From positions 352,001-416,000 of the forward strand of contig JAXHLW010000013.1 in NCBI GenBank assembly GCA_034521815.1: 64,000 bases of DNA. The letters are read 5' to 3'. A program made the translations under genes and the position numbers. This DNA comes from Trueperaceae bacterium (GTDB lineage: Bacteria; Deinococcota; Deinococci; Deinococcales; Trueperaceae). The notes beneath the pieces are model-generated. The model searched no databases. It saw nothing but the letters and a program-made list of their open reading frames with translations, and was not told where the DNA came from. Positions 1 to 9,858 of the stretch are shown in pieces (position 1 is the stretch's first letter; the number at the start of each line of letters is the position of its first letter).

Positions 1-2
1 CG

Positions 3-1061
3 CTGTCGGACGGCCGCTGGCTATTGGAGCTGTTCCACGGCCCCACGCTGTCGTTCAAGGACGTCGGTGCGCGGACGATGGCTCGCCTGGCGGGCCGGGC
101 GTTGGCGCGTCGCGGCGGAGAGGCGACGGTGCTGGTGGCGACCAGCGGCGATACCGGCTCCGCCGTCGCTGACGGGTTCTCGGGCGTGCCGGGCGTTCGC
201 GTCGCCCTTCTCTACCCAGCGGGCCGGGTGAGCGATGTCCAGGAGCGGCAGCTGATCCAAGCCAGGCCCAACGTGCGCGCCTTCGCGGTCGAGGGCGACT
301 TCGACGCCTGCCAACGGCTGGTGAAAGCCGCGTTCGTCGACCCACGGCTGGCGGAGATGGGCCTCACCAGCGCGAACTCGATCAACATCGGCCGGCTGCT
401 GCCGCAGATGCTGTACTACCTCTGGGCGGGGCTGCAGCTGGAGCGCGACCACGGGCGTGGAGGGTCTCCCTACATGGTCGTGCCGTCGGGCAACCTGGGG
501 AACCTGACGGGTGGGCTGCTGGCCGCCGAGACGGGCCTTCCGGTCGCCGGGTTCCTCGCGGCCCACAACGCCAACCGCTTCGTTCCCGACCTGCTGGCCG
601 GCCGGGCAGGTCCACACGACGCCCCTGCCACGGTCGCGACGCTGTCCAACGCCATGGACGTGGGGGCGCCCAGCAACTTCGAGCGACTCTGGCGCTGGCA
701 CGGCGAGGGGCTGCGCGAGCGGATCGACGCCGTATCGGTGCTGGACGATCCGACGTTGCGCCGGATGCGGATCACGGCGGACGAGGACGACGTCGTCGTC
801 TGTCCCCACACGGCGGTCGGGCTCGAGGGCCTGGCCCGGATCCGCGAGGCACGTCCGGAGCTGGCCGGCGTCCCTGCCATCGTGCTGGCGACCGCGCATC
901 CCGCGAAGTTTCCTGCATCGGTGGTCCGAGCGACCGGACGAGAGCCGCCGCACGCCCCTGCTCTGGACGCGTCCTCGCGGGGCCCCACCCGCGTCGAGGC
1001 GTTGCCGGCCGACCCCGCCGCGTTGCGCGAAGCGCTGGCTGACGATCGGTGGCGCGACTGA
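3..1061 (+). CDS. thrC: Threonine synthase, 5'-truncated by the window edge
   Basis: ELFHGPTLSFKD (PLP lysine), ATSGDTG, SANSINIGR, VPSGNLGN, ATAHPAKF; the frame is open back to position 3. Confidence 0.95.
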   Translation: MSDGRWLLELFHGPTLSFKDVGARTMARLAGRALARRGGEATVLVATSGDTGSAVADGFSGVPGVRVALLYPAGRVSDVQERQLIQARPNVRAFAVEGDFDACQRLVKAAFVDPRLAEMGLTSANSINIGRLLPQMLYYLWAGLQLERDHGRGGSPYMVVPSGNLGNLTGGLLAAETGLPVAGFLAAHNANRFVPDLLAGRAGPHDAPATVATLSNAMDVGAPSNFERLWRWHGEGLRERIDAVSVLDDPTLRRMRITADEDDVVVCPHTAVGLEGLARIREARPELAGVPAIVLATAHPAKFPASVVRATGREPPHAPALDASSRGPTRVEALPADPAALREALADDRWRD

Positions 1062-1159
1062 GCGCCTGACGTGGAGCGTCGCCGCCCGGTCGCCGCCCGG
1101 TGGCTGACGCGGTCGCTGCCCGGTCGCCAGCGGCCGGGAACGACGCCGCTACGAGCGTG

Positions 1160-2137
1160 TCAGGTCGCGCCCTGGCGTCGTACCCACGGCCCTTCGGCGT
1201 CGTCGCCGAGATGCACGACCCGCATCTCGCGCATCAGCTTGACGAGCTGGGCCAGGAGCGCAGCGCGAACCAGCGACCTGGGGCTCCTGCGCAGATCGCC
1301 GTCGGAGTCGTCGTCCGCGTCGCCGTCCGGGTGGCCTGCCGGATCGCTGTCGAGCTCGCCGTACACCCGGGTCGCGAGCTCGTCGGTGCCCAGCGGCTCG
1401 CTCAGGGCGGCGACGATCGCGGCCTCTCGGCGAAGGCGATGGTCGCGCGCCGCGTCCAGAGCGGTGACCGGATCGTCGATCGGCTCGCCGTGCGCCACGG
1501 TCAGCCAGGAGGGTGCGCGCGATCGGACCCGGGCCAGACTGTCCAGGTACGCCGCGACGTCGCCCTCGGGCAAGCCGATCCACGAGCTTCCGCGGCCGGT
1601 GAGCAGATCGCCCGCCACGACGCCTGCGGGCTGCGTCTGGCCGCCGGCGTCCGTCTGGCCGCCGGGGTCCGTCGGCCAGGAGAGCTCGTAGGCGAGATGG
1701 CCGGGCGCGTGTCCCGGCGTATGGATCGCCTGCACGACCGCTCCTCCCAGCATCAGGCGGCGACCGTCGCCCAGCGGCCGGACGTCGCCGTCGCCGGGCA
1801 CGCGATCTGCCTCGGCGGGGTGCACGTGGACGGGCACGGGGCCGAGCAGCTCGAGCAGCGCGGGCAGGCCCTCGACGTGATCCCCGTGGGTGTGGGTCAG
1901 CAGGATGCGGTCGAGGTCGCGCGCGCCGTGCCGCCGCGCCCAGTCGACGAGCACCTCGGCGTCGCGGGGATCCATGAAACCGGGATCGACCAGCGCGGCA
2001 CGTCCGTTGGCCACGAGCAACGTGGTCCAGGTGTCGGTGAACGGCGGTAGCGTCCGGCTCGGGAGCGCCAGCTGGTGGACGCCGGGCGCGATTCGGCGCT
2101 CGGTGGGCGTGATCCGACGCTCGCCGGGGCGTCTCAA
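1160..2137 (-). CDS. MBL-fold metallo-hydrolase (LACTB2-like)
   Basis: THTHGDH, TPGHAPGH, AGD and AHG metal-ligand motifs; start placed at a TTG overlapping the upstream stop (uncertain). Confidence 0.85.
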   Translation of the reverse strand: MRRPGERRITPTERRIAPGVHQLALPSRTLPPFTDTWTTLLVANGRAALVDPGFMDPRDAEVLVDWARRHGARDLDRILLTHTHGDHVEGLPALLELLGPVPVHVHPAEADRVPGDGDVRPLGDGRRLMLGGAVVQAIHTPGHAPGHLAYELSWPTDPGGQTDAGGQTQPAGVVAGDLLTGRGSSWIGLPEGDVAAYLDSLARVRSRAPSWLTVAHGEPIDDPVTALDAARDHRLRREAAIVAALSEPLGTDELATRVYGELDSDPAGHPDGDADDDSDGDLRRSPRSLVRAALLAQLVKLMREMRVVHLGDDAEGPWVRRQGAT

Positions 2138-3090
2138 TCGCGGCCCAGCAGCGCCTCGCGGGCGGCCTTCTCGGCCCGGCCCGGCTCGCTGGCGATGTCG
2201 GGCACCACGCCGCGTCCCTCCCAGGTGGGTCCGCCGATCGGTGCCAGGACGCCCGTCGCGAGCCAGATCTGCGCACCGTCGCGCAGGCAGAACGGCAGAA
2301 CCGCCTCGACGTTGCCCGAGGTGCGCTCGCCCACGACGATGGCGCGTCCGCTGGCCTGCAGCGCGCCGGCGAGGCCCTCCGCGGCGCTGGCGACCTGCCC
2401 GTCCACCAGGACCGCGACCGGCAGATCGGTCGCGGGCGCGCCCAGCGCGGGGTAGGGGATCGGCAGGCTCCAACGCGTCGCGACGCGCCACAGGAGTCCG
2501 CGCACGAACACGCCGGCCGTCGTCATCATCTCGATCAGGCGCCCACCCGGATTCCCCCTGAGGTCCAGCGCCAAGCCGCGGGCGCCGCGGCGCTCCAGAT
2601 CGACGACCGCCGCGCGAACCCCGGACGAGGTCCCCCCGCGAGCCAGATCCTCGACGCGGATCACGCCCAGGCCGGCGTCGAGCCGCCAGCGCACGGGGCC
2701 GGAGCTCGACGCCGTCGGATCGGCCTGCGAAAACACGCCGATGCACGGCAAGTCGCCGTACGCCTCGCGAACGCGCTCGACCTCGTCGGGCGCCACGTAG
2801 CGCGAGTGGTCGTCGTCCAGCAGCGCCACCATCTCGCCCAGGACGGCGTGCAGCGCCGCTTCGTCGGGGGCGGCGCGGGCGCGTGGCTCGAACCTGTCCC
2901 GGACAGAGGCCCAATCGACGTCGAGGTGCTCGAGGTCCCAGTACCGCTCGTCCACCAGCCGCCAGGCGCGCTCGAAGCGGGCGCCCGCGTTCGCGACCGG
3001 GGTCTCGCCCTGCGCCCATCCGGACGTCGTGCCAGGCAGCCACGCCAGCAGCGCCAACGTCGTCAGAGCCAGCCGTCGACCGAGGCCCAC
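2134..3090 (-). CDS. Secreted S41-family peptidase lacking a PDZ domain
   Basis: Signal peptide; LDLRGNPGG, ASAAE, VVGERT, EGRGVVPD motifs. Confidence 0.85.
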   Translation of the reverse strand: MGLGRRLALTTLALLAWLPGTTSGWAQGETPVANAGARFERAWRLVDERYWDLEHLDVDWASVRDRFEPRARAAPDEAALHAVLGEMVALLDDDHSRYVAPDEVERVREAYGDLPCIGVFSQADPTASSSGPVRWRLDAGLGVIRVEDLARGGTSSGVRAAVVDLERRGARGLALDLRGNPGGRLIEMMTTAGVFVRGLLWRVATRWSLPIPYPALGAPATDLPVAVLVDGQVASAAEGLAGALQASGRAIVVGERTSGNVEAVLPFCLRDGAQIWLATGVLAPIGGPTWEGRGVVPDIASEPGRAEKAAREALLGRD

Positions 3091-3094
3091 GGCG

Positions 3095-4039
3095 TCAGGA
3101 CCCGAGCATGGACAGGGAGCGAGCCGCGCGCTCGAGCGTCGCGAGATCCACCGACCGACGCTGCGCCCCGACTTCGGTGGTGTTCAGGGCGCCGGCCACG
3201 TTGCCGGCCCTGGCCGCACCGATGAGGTCGGAGCCTGACATGATCGCGTGGGCGAACGCCGCGGTGTAGTAGTCGCCGGCGCCGGTGGTGTCGACCACGC
3301 CGTCGATCTCGTACGGGTCGACCAGCTCGGAGCGTTCGGGCGTGATCACGATCGAGCCCATCTCGCCGACCTTGACCACCAGGCGCTCGATCCCGTGCGT
3401 CGCGAGTCCGGCGACCGCGTCGCTGATCGTCTCCCGGCCGGTGAGCGCGAACAGCTCGCGTTCGTTCATGAGCAGGTAGTCGACCTTGCGCACCAGCCCG
3501 ATCAAGCGACCCCTCAGCGCATTCACCGCACCCGTGCCCATATCCACGAACGTCGTCGCCCCGGCGTCCCGCGCCAGCTCCAGCGCCTTGACGGCGTAAT
3601 CGCGCTGCGGTCCGTCCACGAGGCTATAGGCGCTCATCACCAACGCGTCGACGCCCCTGAACACCTCGGGCCCCAGCGACGAGGCGTCCAGCGCGCGACT
3701 GGCGCCGATCGCGGTGATCATCGTCCTCTGCGTGTCGGGCGTGACCAGGATCGTGACGCTGCTGGTCTGAAGCTCCGTGTCGACCTGGATCAGCTCCGAG
3801 GAGACGCCGGCGGTTCGGGCGTTCTCGAGCGCGAGCTCGGAGAACGGACCGGTCCCGACGCGCGTCGCGATGCGCGTCGCGTGGCCCAGCCGCGCCAGGG
3901 CGGTGGCCATCGTTCCGCCCGCGCCGCCCGGCTCCATCACCGCACGGGTGGCCGTCATCTCGCCCCCCGGCTCGGGGACGGCGTCCACGAAGTACATCTG
4001 GTCGACGGTCGCGTCACCGACGACGAGGAACTCAGCCAT
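3095..4039 (-). CDS. PfkB/ribokinase-family carbohydrate kinase
   Basis: PGGAG N-terminal motif and DTTGAGD signature; GAGAGGG RBS before ATG 4039. Confidence 0.9.
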   Translation of the reverse strand: MAEFLVVGDATVDQMYFVDAVPEPGGEMTATRAVMEPGGAGGTMATALARLGHATRIATRVGTGPFSELALENARTAGVSSELIQVDTELQTSSVTILVTPDTQRTMITAIGASRALDASSLGPEVFRGVDALVMSAYSLVDGPQRDYAVKALELARDAGATTFVDMGTGAVNALRGRLIGLVRKVDYLLMNERELFALTGRETISDAVAGLATHGIERLVVKVGEMGSIVITPERSELVDPYEIDGVVDTTGAGDYYTAAFAHAIMSGSDLIGAARAGNVAGALNTTEVGAQRRSVDLATLERAARSLSMLGS

Positions 4040-4173
4040 CGCACCCTCTCTCGCTCGAAGCGCATCGTGCACGTGCTCGGACCTCGCAGGATATCGCGAA
4101 GCGGGTCCGGTCGTCTCGACATGGGAAACCAGGGGAGGGGCGACCTCGTCCTGCGCGCCGCGCAGGACGGTGC

Positions 4174-5025
4174 TCACGGCTCCAGAGGCGCACCCAGCTC
4201 GGCGCGCAATCGACGCCACGTCTCCAGGTCGAGCGCCTCCGCGCGAACGCGACCGTCGAGCTCCAGCGCGTCCAGCGCCGCGCTCACCGCAGCAGCATCG
4301 TGCCCCGCAGCGACGAGGTTCTTGCGAAGGGTCTTGCGACGATGCCTGAACCCTTCGCGGACCAGCGAGAACGTCGCGGCGTCGGGACCGACGCCCGGGT
4401 GCGGATCGATCCGCACGATCGAGCTCGTGACCTTGGGGGCCGGCAAGAAGCAGCCGGGCGAGACGTCGCGAACGATGCGGGCGCTCGCGAAGTGCTGGCA
4501 GAGGAGGCTGTACGCGCCGAATCCCGGGTCGCCGGGACGCGCCACGAGCCGTTCCGCCACCTCGCGCTGGACGAGCACGGCGATTCGTCGGTAACGACCC
4601 GATTCGAGCGCACGCGCGAGCAGGGCGGTCGCGATCTGGTAGGGAAGGTTCGAGACGAGGTAGCTTCCTGGCGGCATGTCGGCGTGGTCGAACCGCATCG
4701 CGTCGCCGATCCGCACCTCGACGTTCGAGAGCGCGTCGGTCGTTTCGCGCAGCGCGGGAAGCAGGCGCGCGTCCAGCTCCAATGCCAGGACATGGACGTC
4801 GCGTGCGGCAAGGGCATGCGTCAGTGCCCCGAGTCCCGGCCCCACCTCCAGCACGGTGGCTCCGGAGGGCGGGTCGGCGGCGTCGACCACGGCGGCGAGA
4901 GCGCGCCGGTCGATCAGGAAGTTCTGGCCGTATCCCTTGTCGGGCGTCAGACCGTGCCGCGCCAACAGCGCGACCACCTCGCGGATCGAGCCCAGGTCGG
5001 GTGGGTCCGAGGATCGACGCCGCAA
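4174..5025 (-). CDS. rsmA: 16S rRNA adenine dimethyltransferase RsmA/KsgA
   Basis: GQNFLID, EVGPGLG, SNLPYQI, PAPKVTS, RRKTL. Confidence 0.95.
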   Translation of the reverse strand: MRRRSSDPPDLGSIREVVALLARHGLTPDKGYGQNFLIDRRALAAVVDAADPPSGATVLEVGPGLGALTHALAARDVHVLALELDARLLPALRETTDALSNVEVRIGDAMRFDHADMPPGSYLVSNLPYQIATALLARALESGRYRRIAVLVQREVAERLVARPGDPGFGAYSLLCQHFASARIVRDVSPGCFLPAPKVTSSIVRIDPHPGVGPDAATFSLVREGFRHRRKTLRKNLVAAGHDAAAVSAALDALELDGRVRAEALDLETWRRLRAELGAPLEP

Positions 5026-5032
5026 CGTCGGC

Positions 5033-5524
5033 TCAGCCGATGCGCTCGCGGAGGAGCGACGCGAGCCGCGCTTCGGCGGCGGCCAGGTCGGTCTCGCCGA
5101 CGACGGCGAACTCGCTGGCGAGGAGCATCTTGGCCGACTCCATCACTTCGCGCTCGGTCGCGGCGAGGCCCTTCTCGATGTCGCGCCTGGCCAGCACGCC
5201 CACGAGCCTAGCGAGCTGGTAGGCGTTTCCGGCCGCCAGGATCTCCTGCTCCGCGCGGTAGCGAGGAGGCCACTGCTGGGGGAGGCTGATGTCGCCGTCC
5301 GCCAACGCGGTCTCGAGCTGGCTCAGCTCGTCGGGGCCGACGGTATGCCTGAGGCCCACCTCGCGCCCCTTGCTGAGCGGGACGAGAATTTCCATATTGC
5401 CGCGCACGAACACGATCTTCAGATACTCATGTCGTTCGCCGAGGATCTCGCGCGTGGCGATCTCCTGGACGACGCCTGCCCCTTGTGACGGGTACACAAC
5501 GTGGTCGCCTACCTGGAACTGCAT
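5033..5524 (-). CDS. carD: CarD-family RNA polymerase-binding regulator
   Basis: FQVGDHVVYPSQGAG N-terminus, conserved W..RYR, AGGAGG RBS. Confidence 0.9.
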   Translation of the reverse strand: MQFQVGDHVVYPSQGAGVVQEIATREILGERHEYLKIVFVRGNMEILVPLSKGREVGLRHTVGPDELSQLETALADGDISLPQQWPPRYRAEQEILAAGNAYQLARLVGVLARRDIEKGLAATEREVMESAKMLLASEFAVVGETDLAAAEARLASLLRERIG

Positions 5525-5653
5525 CCGACCTCCTGAAGCACGCTACCATAAGGGTTTTGACCCGCATGGGGCAGGTACCGCCGCTAAGGACCGGCCTGGA
5601 GAGCGCCCCCCGCGGCGCCTCCGCGGCGCCCCCGCGACGCGTCACGCGGAGCG

Positions 5654-7243
5654 TCACGCGACCGAGCCGAACAGTCGCTGCCAGGCGACCAGCGTTCCGA
5701 ACGAGAGCACGAACAGCATCGTCCCGCCGGCGACCGCGGCGGCCAGCGTCCGACCGAACGTCGGGTCGAGGTCGCGGCCGCGGAGCGCGAGCCAGGCGAC
5801 GGCGACACCGGCAGCGACAGCGGCGCCGATCCAGGCGGGCCCGCCGGTGAGGGCCCGGACCTCGGCGGGACCTGGCGTGCTCCATGCCGCGATCGCCACG
5901 ATTCCGGCCAGCACGGTGCCGATGCCCAGCACGGTTCCGTCGATCAGCTCGGCCCGGCCCGACGTCGCGGAGCGGCGACCGAGGAGCGCCGACCCGAGCC
6001 ACCAGAGGGGCGTGAACGCGATCGCGAGCAGCCCGGCCGTCAACAGCGAGACCAGCAGGTGACCGCCTGCGGCGCTCCACGGCCGCCAAGGGTCCCAGTC
6101 CATCGCCGCCACGGCGTGATCGATCCAGCTGGGCTCGTACGCGTCGCGGTCGGTCACGCCCCAGACGTCGAGCCCGCCGCTGTACCGCCCCGAGGACCAG
6201 GCGATCCCGGTCACGCCCGCGGCGTGGCCCGAAGCCGCGCGCTCCGGTGCGGCCGGGAGGCGCAGGACCGTGACCACCGAGCCGTCGGGCGTGGTGCGAC
6301 GCACCTCGTCGCCCTCGGTCCAGGTCCACCGGCCGCCTGGGCGACCGAGCAGCGACCCCGTCCCCAAGACGCGGACGGCGCCGCTCGCGTCGCGCGCCTG
6401 CAGGCGTCCGTCCGGTGCCGGCCAGGCCGCGACGACGCCGTCCCTCGTGGCTGCGATCCGAACGACGTCTCCGGTCCCGACACGGCGAGCGGCGCCGAGC
6501 GTGTCGGGCAGCTCGGGGCGAGGAGCATCGTCGGGCCAGCGGGCGATCAGGGCGCTCCAGTCGCCGTCCATGCGGCCCAGCACCACCTCGCTGCTTCCCT
6601 CGAGCCAGCCGAGCACCACCGCGTCGTTCACGCGCACGGCGTCCAGACCGGCGACGGTCAGCTCGCGAGAATCGCTGTGGCGCACCGAGCCGTCCCAGTC
6701 GTACAGCGAGATGCGCCACCCCTCCGCCGTGGGGACGGCCGCTGCCAGCGTGGGAGCGAGCGACCCGGCCACGATGCTGACGTGGGGTACTTGGGCGGCG
6801 CGCGTCACCTCGCGCGTCTCGCCGCGCCAGCGCCAGACGAGGCGCATCCGGCCGTCGCTCAGGTCGCGTTCGAGCCAGGCGACGACCGGTGCGCCGTCGG
6901 CCCCGCCGGCCCACACGCCGCGCACGCCTCTGGTGCTGGCCAAGCGCTCGGGGTCACCGCGTCCGAGGCGCTCCAGCACGAGTCCCTCGCCGTCCTCCCA
7001 GACGGCGGCCGGTCCTTCGGGCCCTTCGGCGATCGCGACCTGCGCGTCGGCCCCGGCCGCGATCGTCGCGAGCCGCACGGGTCTTCCGAAACCGTGGGAG
7101 GCGATGAACGCGGCATCGGTCGGCGCTCCTTCGGGCTGCGCGCCGACCGGTCCCGCGCACAGCGCGAGGACGAAGCCGAAGAGCGCGACCATGCCAAAGC
7201 GTCGCAGCGGGGAAAGCAGCGGGGAAAAGGGAGCGGAGCGCAC
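5654..7243 (-). CDS. Hypothetical exported/membrane protein (beta-rich ectodomain plus about 4 C-terminal TM helices)
   Basis: Signal-like N-terminus and hydrophobic C-terminal helices; GTG 7243 lies 7 nt after TACCCT (alternative ATG 7192). Confidence 0.6.
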   Translation of the reverse strand: MRSAPFSPLLSPLRRFGMVALFGFVLALCAGPVGAQPEGAPTDAAFIASHGFGRPVRLATIAAGADAQVAIAEGPEGPAAVWEDGEGLVLERLGRGDPERLASTRGVRGVWAGGADGAPVVAWLERDLSDGRMRLVWRWRGETREVTRAAQVPHVSIVAGSLAPTLAAAVPTAEGWRISLYDWDGSVRHSDSRELTVAGLDAVRVNDAVVLGWLEGSSEVVLGRMDGDWSALIARWPDDAPRPELPDTLGAARRVGTGDVVRIAATRDGVVAAWPAPDGRLQARDASGAVRVLGTGSLLGRPGGRWTWTEGDEVRRTTPDGSVVTVLRLPAAPERAASGHAAGVTGIAWSSGRYSGGLDVWGVTDRDAYEPSWIDHAVAAMDWDPWRPWSAAGGHLLVSLLTAGLLAIAFTPLWWLGSALLGRRSATSGRAELIDGTVLGIGTVLAGIVAIAAWSTPGPAEVRALTGGPAWIGAAVAAGVAVAWLALRGRDLDPTFGRTLAAAVAGGTMLFVLSFGTLVAWQRLFGSVA

Positions 7244-7382
7244 GAGGAGAAGGGTACCGCGGGGCCTGGGAGTCGCACGTCCCGAGGCGACCGCGTTCTT
7301 GCGGCCCCGTAGGCGACGTTGCCGCCAGGTCGGTCCCGCTACCCTCCAGAGGTCCGCCGAACGGCGGACGGAAGGAGACCCC

Positions 7383-7808
7383 ATGCCCGTACGTAAAGGA
7401 AACGCCGTGTGGAGCGGCGACCTCAAGTCCGGAAACGGCACCGTGAGCGTCGAGAGCGGGACGTTCGATTCGTCCTACTCGTTCGCTTCCCGCTTCGAGC
7501 AAGGCGCTGGAACGAACCCCGACGAGCTGATCGGCGCGGCGCTCGCCGCCTGCTTCTCGATGGCGTTGAGCAACGAGCTGGCGAAGGACGGCCACACGCC
7601 CACGCGGGTGGCGACCGAGGCCCGGGTGCATCTGTCGACGGACGGCGGCGCTCATCTCGAGCGCATCGATCTCGTCTGCGAGGCCGAGGTTCCCGGCATC
7701 GACGAGGCGACGTTCGCGCCCTACGCCGACGGCGCCAAGTCCGGCTGCCCGGTGAGCAAGGCGCTCGCCGGCGTCGAGATCACGCTTCAGACCACGCTGA
7801 GCTCCTGA
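7383..7808 (+). CDS. osmC: OsmC-family peroxiredoxin
   Basis: YSFASRFE, GTNPDELI..A.AACF and CPVS (two catalytic Cys); GGAG RBS. Confidence 0.92.
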   Translation: MPVRKGNAVWSGDLKSGNGTVSVESGTFDSSYSFASRFEQGAGTNPDELIGAALAACFSMALSNELAKDGHTPTRVATEARVHLSTDGGAHLERIDLVCEAEVPGIDEATFAPYADGAKSGCPVSKALAGVEITLQTTLSS

Positions 7809-7856
7809 CGACGAGGCGCGTCGCCGCGCGTCGTCGCTACGCGGCGTGGCGCCGCG

Positions 7857-9794
7857 TCAGGGTCCGCCCGTCGCCGTACCGGCCTTGCGAAACTGCGTCT
7901 CGAACAGGGTCCTGTAGAGTCCGTCGGTCGCCACGAGCTGTTCGTGGCGACCGATCTGAACGATGCGGCCTCCCTGCAGCACCACGATCCGGTCGGCGCC
8001 GACCACCGTCGACAGCCGGTGCGCGATCACCAGGCTGGTCCGGCCTCGCATCAGGCGTTCGAGCGCATCCTGGATCAGCGCCTCGGACTCGCTGTCGAGG
8101 CTGCTGGTCGCCTCGTCGAGCACCAGCACGCCCGGATCCTTGAGCAGGGCGCGAGCGATCGCGATCCGTTGCCGCTGTCCGCCCGACAGCCGCAGACCCC
8201 GCTCGCCGACGAGCGTGTCCCAGCCGTCCGGTAGCGCACGCACGAACTCGGCGGCGTGCGCCGCCTCGGCTGCCGCCATCAGCTCGTCGTCGCTCGCGTC
8301 CGGTCGTCCGTAGCGGACGTTGTCGGCCACCGACCCCGAGAACAGCTGCGTCTCCTGGGGCACCAGCCCCACCTGGGCACGCACCTCGGCAGGGTCGGCG
8401 TCGCGGAGATCGACGCCGCCGAGTCGGACGGCGCCCTGCTGGGGATCGAAGAACCGCGGCAGCAGCGACGCCAGCGTGCTCTTTCCGGCGCCGGACGGAC
8501 CGACGAGCGCCACGACCTCGCCGGGTCGGATCGCGAGGTCCACGTCGCGAAGCACCCACGGCTCGGTCGCGGCGTCTTCCGGTTCGGCGCCGGACGCCTC
8601 TCCGCCGGACGCCTCCCCGCCGGACGCCTCGCTGCCGCCTGGGGCGGTCCGATCGGCGTTCCGCTCCGAGCTCGAGGCGACGATCTCGTCGTAGCGGAAC
8701 CAGACGTGTTCGAAGCGGACATCGCGCGGACCGTCTGGGAGGGGCGTGGGGACCGTGGGCACGGGCAGGTCGGGCCGCTCGTCGAGCAGCTCGAAGATGC
8801 GGCGCGACGCCCCGAGCCCCTCTTGCAGCTGGGCGAACAGGCCGGTGAACGTCGCGACCGAGCCGGCGATGAACAGCGTGAGCAGCAGGAAGGCGATCAG
8901 GTCGCCGGGTGCGAGCGAGCCGGCGAGCACCTGGCGACCGCCGTACCAGAGCACCAGCGTGACGCCGGTGAACATCGCCAGGATCACCGACGGCACGAAG
9001 ACGGCGCGCACCCGGACGCGACGCTTGGCCGAACGCCAGGCGGCGTCGATGCCGGCACGGTAGCGGGCGCGCTCGACCGCTTCCCCGGTGAACGACTGCA
9101 CGATGCGGATGTTGGCGATCGCCTCCTCGGCGTCGGCGTTGGCGTCCGCGACCTGGTCCTGGAACTCGCGCGACAGCCGCCTGAGCCGCCGGCCGACCAC
9201 GGCGCCGCCGATGATCACCGGAGGCACGACCGCGAGCATGACCAGCGTCAGACGTGCGTTGATGAACAGCAGCGCGGCCGCGCCGCCGACCAGCGTCACG
9301 AGCTGGTTCACGAACTGCGCCAGCGCGTTCGAGACCAGCGACTGGACCGTCCCGACGTCGCTGGCGAGTCGCGAGGTGATCTCGCCGGTCTTGCGGCGCA
9401 GGAAGAAGGCGGGGGAGAGGTCCATCAGGTGCGAGAACAGCCGCGTCCGCAGATCGGCCACCACGCCTTCGCCCACCAGGCCGAGGAGGTAGACGCGCAA
9501 GAAGTTGAACCCGGCCTGCAGGGCGAAGATCGCGACGAGCAGAAGCGCGATCCTGCCTGGAGCGGCGCTCGCGGCCGTGTCCGCGTCCGCCCCCGCTGCG
9601 GCGAAGGCGTCGTTGAACAGATCGCGCGACAGCAGCGGGAACGCGAGCTGGACCAGCCCCGCGATCAGCGTCGCCACGAGGGCGGTGATCAGCTGCAGGC
9701 GGTAGGGCCGCGTGAACGCGAGCAGCCGGCGGATCTGGCGAAGGTCGGGTCGGCCGCGGCGACGGGGCGCTCGCGGTTCGGGGCGCTCGGGCAT
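7857..9794 (-). CDS. ABC exporter, fused permease and ATPase (MsbA-like)
   Basis: TM domain, Walker A GPSGAGKST, LSGGQRQR, LDEATS, IAHRLST. Confidence 0.92.
   Translation of the reverse strand: MPERPEPRAPRRRGRPDLRQIRRLLAFTRPYRLQLITALVATLIAGLVQLAFPLLSRDLFNDAFAAAGADADTAASAAPGRIALLLVAIFALQAGFNFLRVYLLGLVGEGVVADLRTRLFSHLMDLSPAFFLRRKTGEITSRLASDVGTVQSLVSNALAQFVNQLVTLVGGAAALLFINARLTLVMLAVVPPVIIGGAVVGRRLRRLSREFQDQVADANADAEEAIANIRIVQSFTGEAVERARYRAGIDAAWRSAKRRVRVRAVFVPSVILAMFTGVTLVLWYGGRQVLAGSLAPGDLIAFLLLTLFIAGSVATFTGLFAQLQEGLGASRRIFELLDERPDLPVPTVPTPLPDGPRDVRFEHVWFRYDEIVASSSERNADRTAPGGSEASGGEASGGEASGAEPEDAATEPWVLRDVDLAIRPGEVVALVGPSGAGKSTLASLLPRFFDPQQGAVRLGGVDLRDADPAEVRAQVGLVPQETQLFSGSVADNVRYGRPDASDDELMAAAEAAHAAEFVRALPDGWDTLVGERGLRLSGGQRQRIAIARALLKDPGVLVLDEATSSLDSESEALIQDALERLMRGRTSLVIAHRLSTVVGADRIVVLQGGRIVQIGRHEQLVATDGLYRTLFETQFRKAGTATGGP
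8589..8636. repeat. 15-bp tandem repeat x3, in frame (EASGG) within the ABC exporter
   Basis: gccggacgcctctcc / gccggacgcctcccc / gccggacgcctcgct. Confidence 0.85.
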
Positions 9795-9858
9795 CCCACC
9801 ACGATACCTGCGAGGCGCGGTACCGTCGCTGGCGACCCCAGACGCCGAGGAGGCCGCC

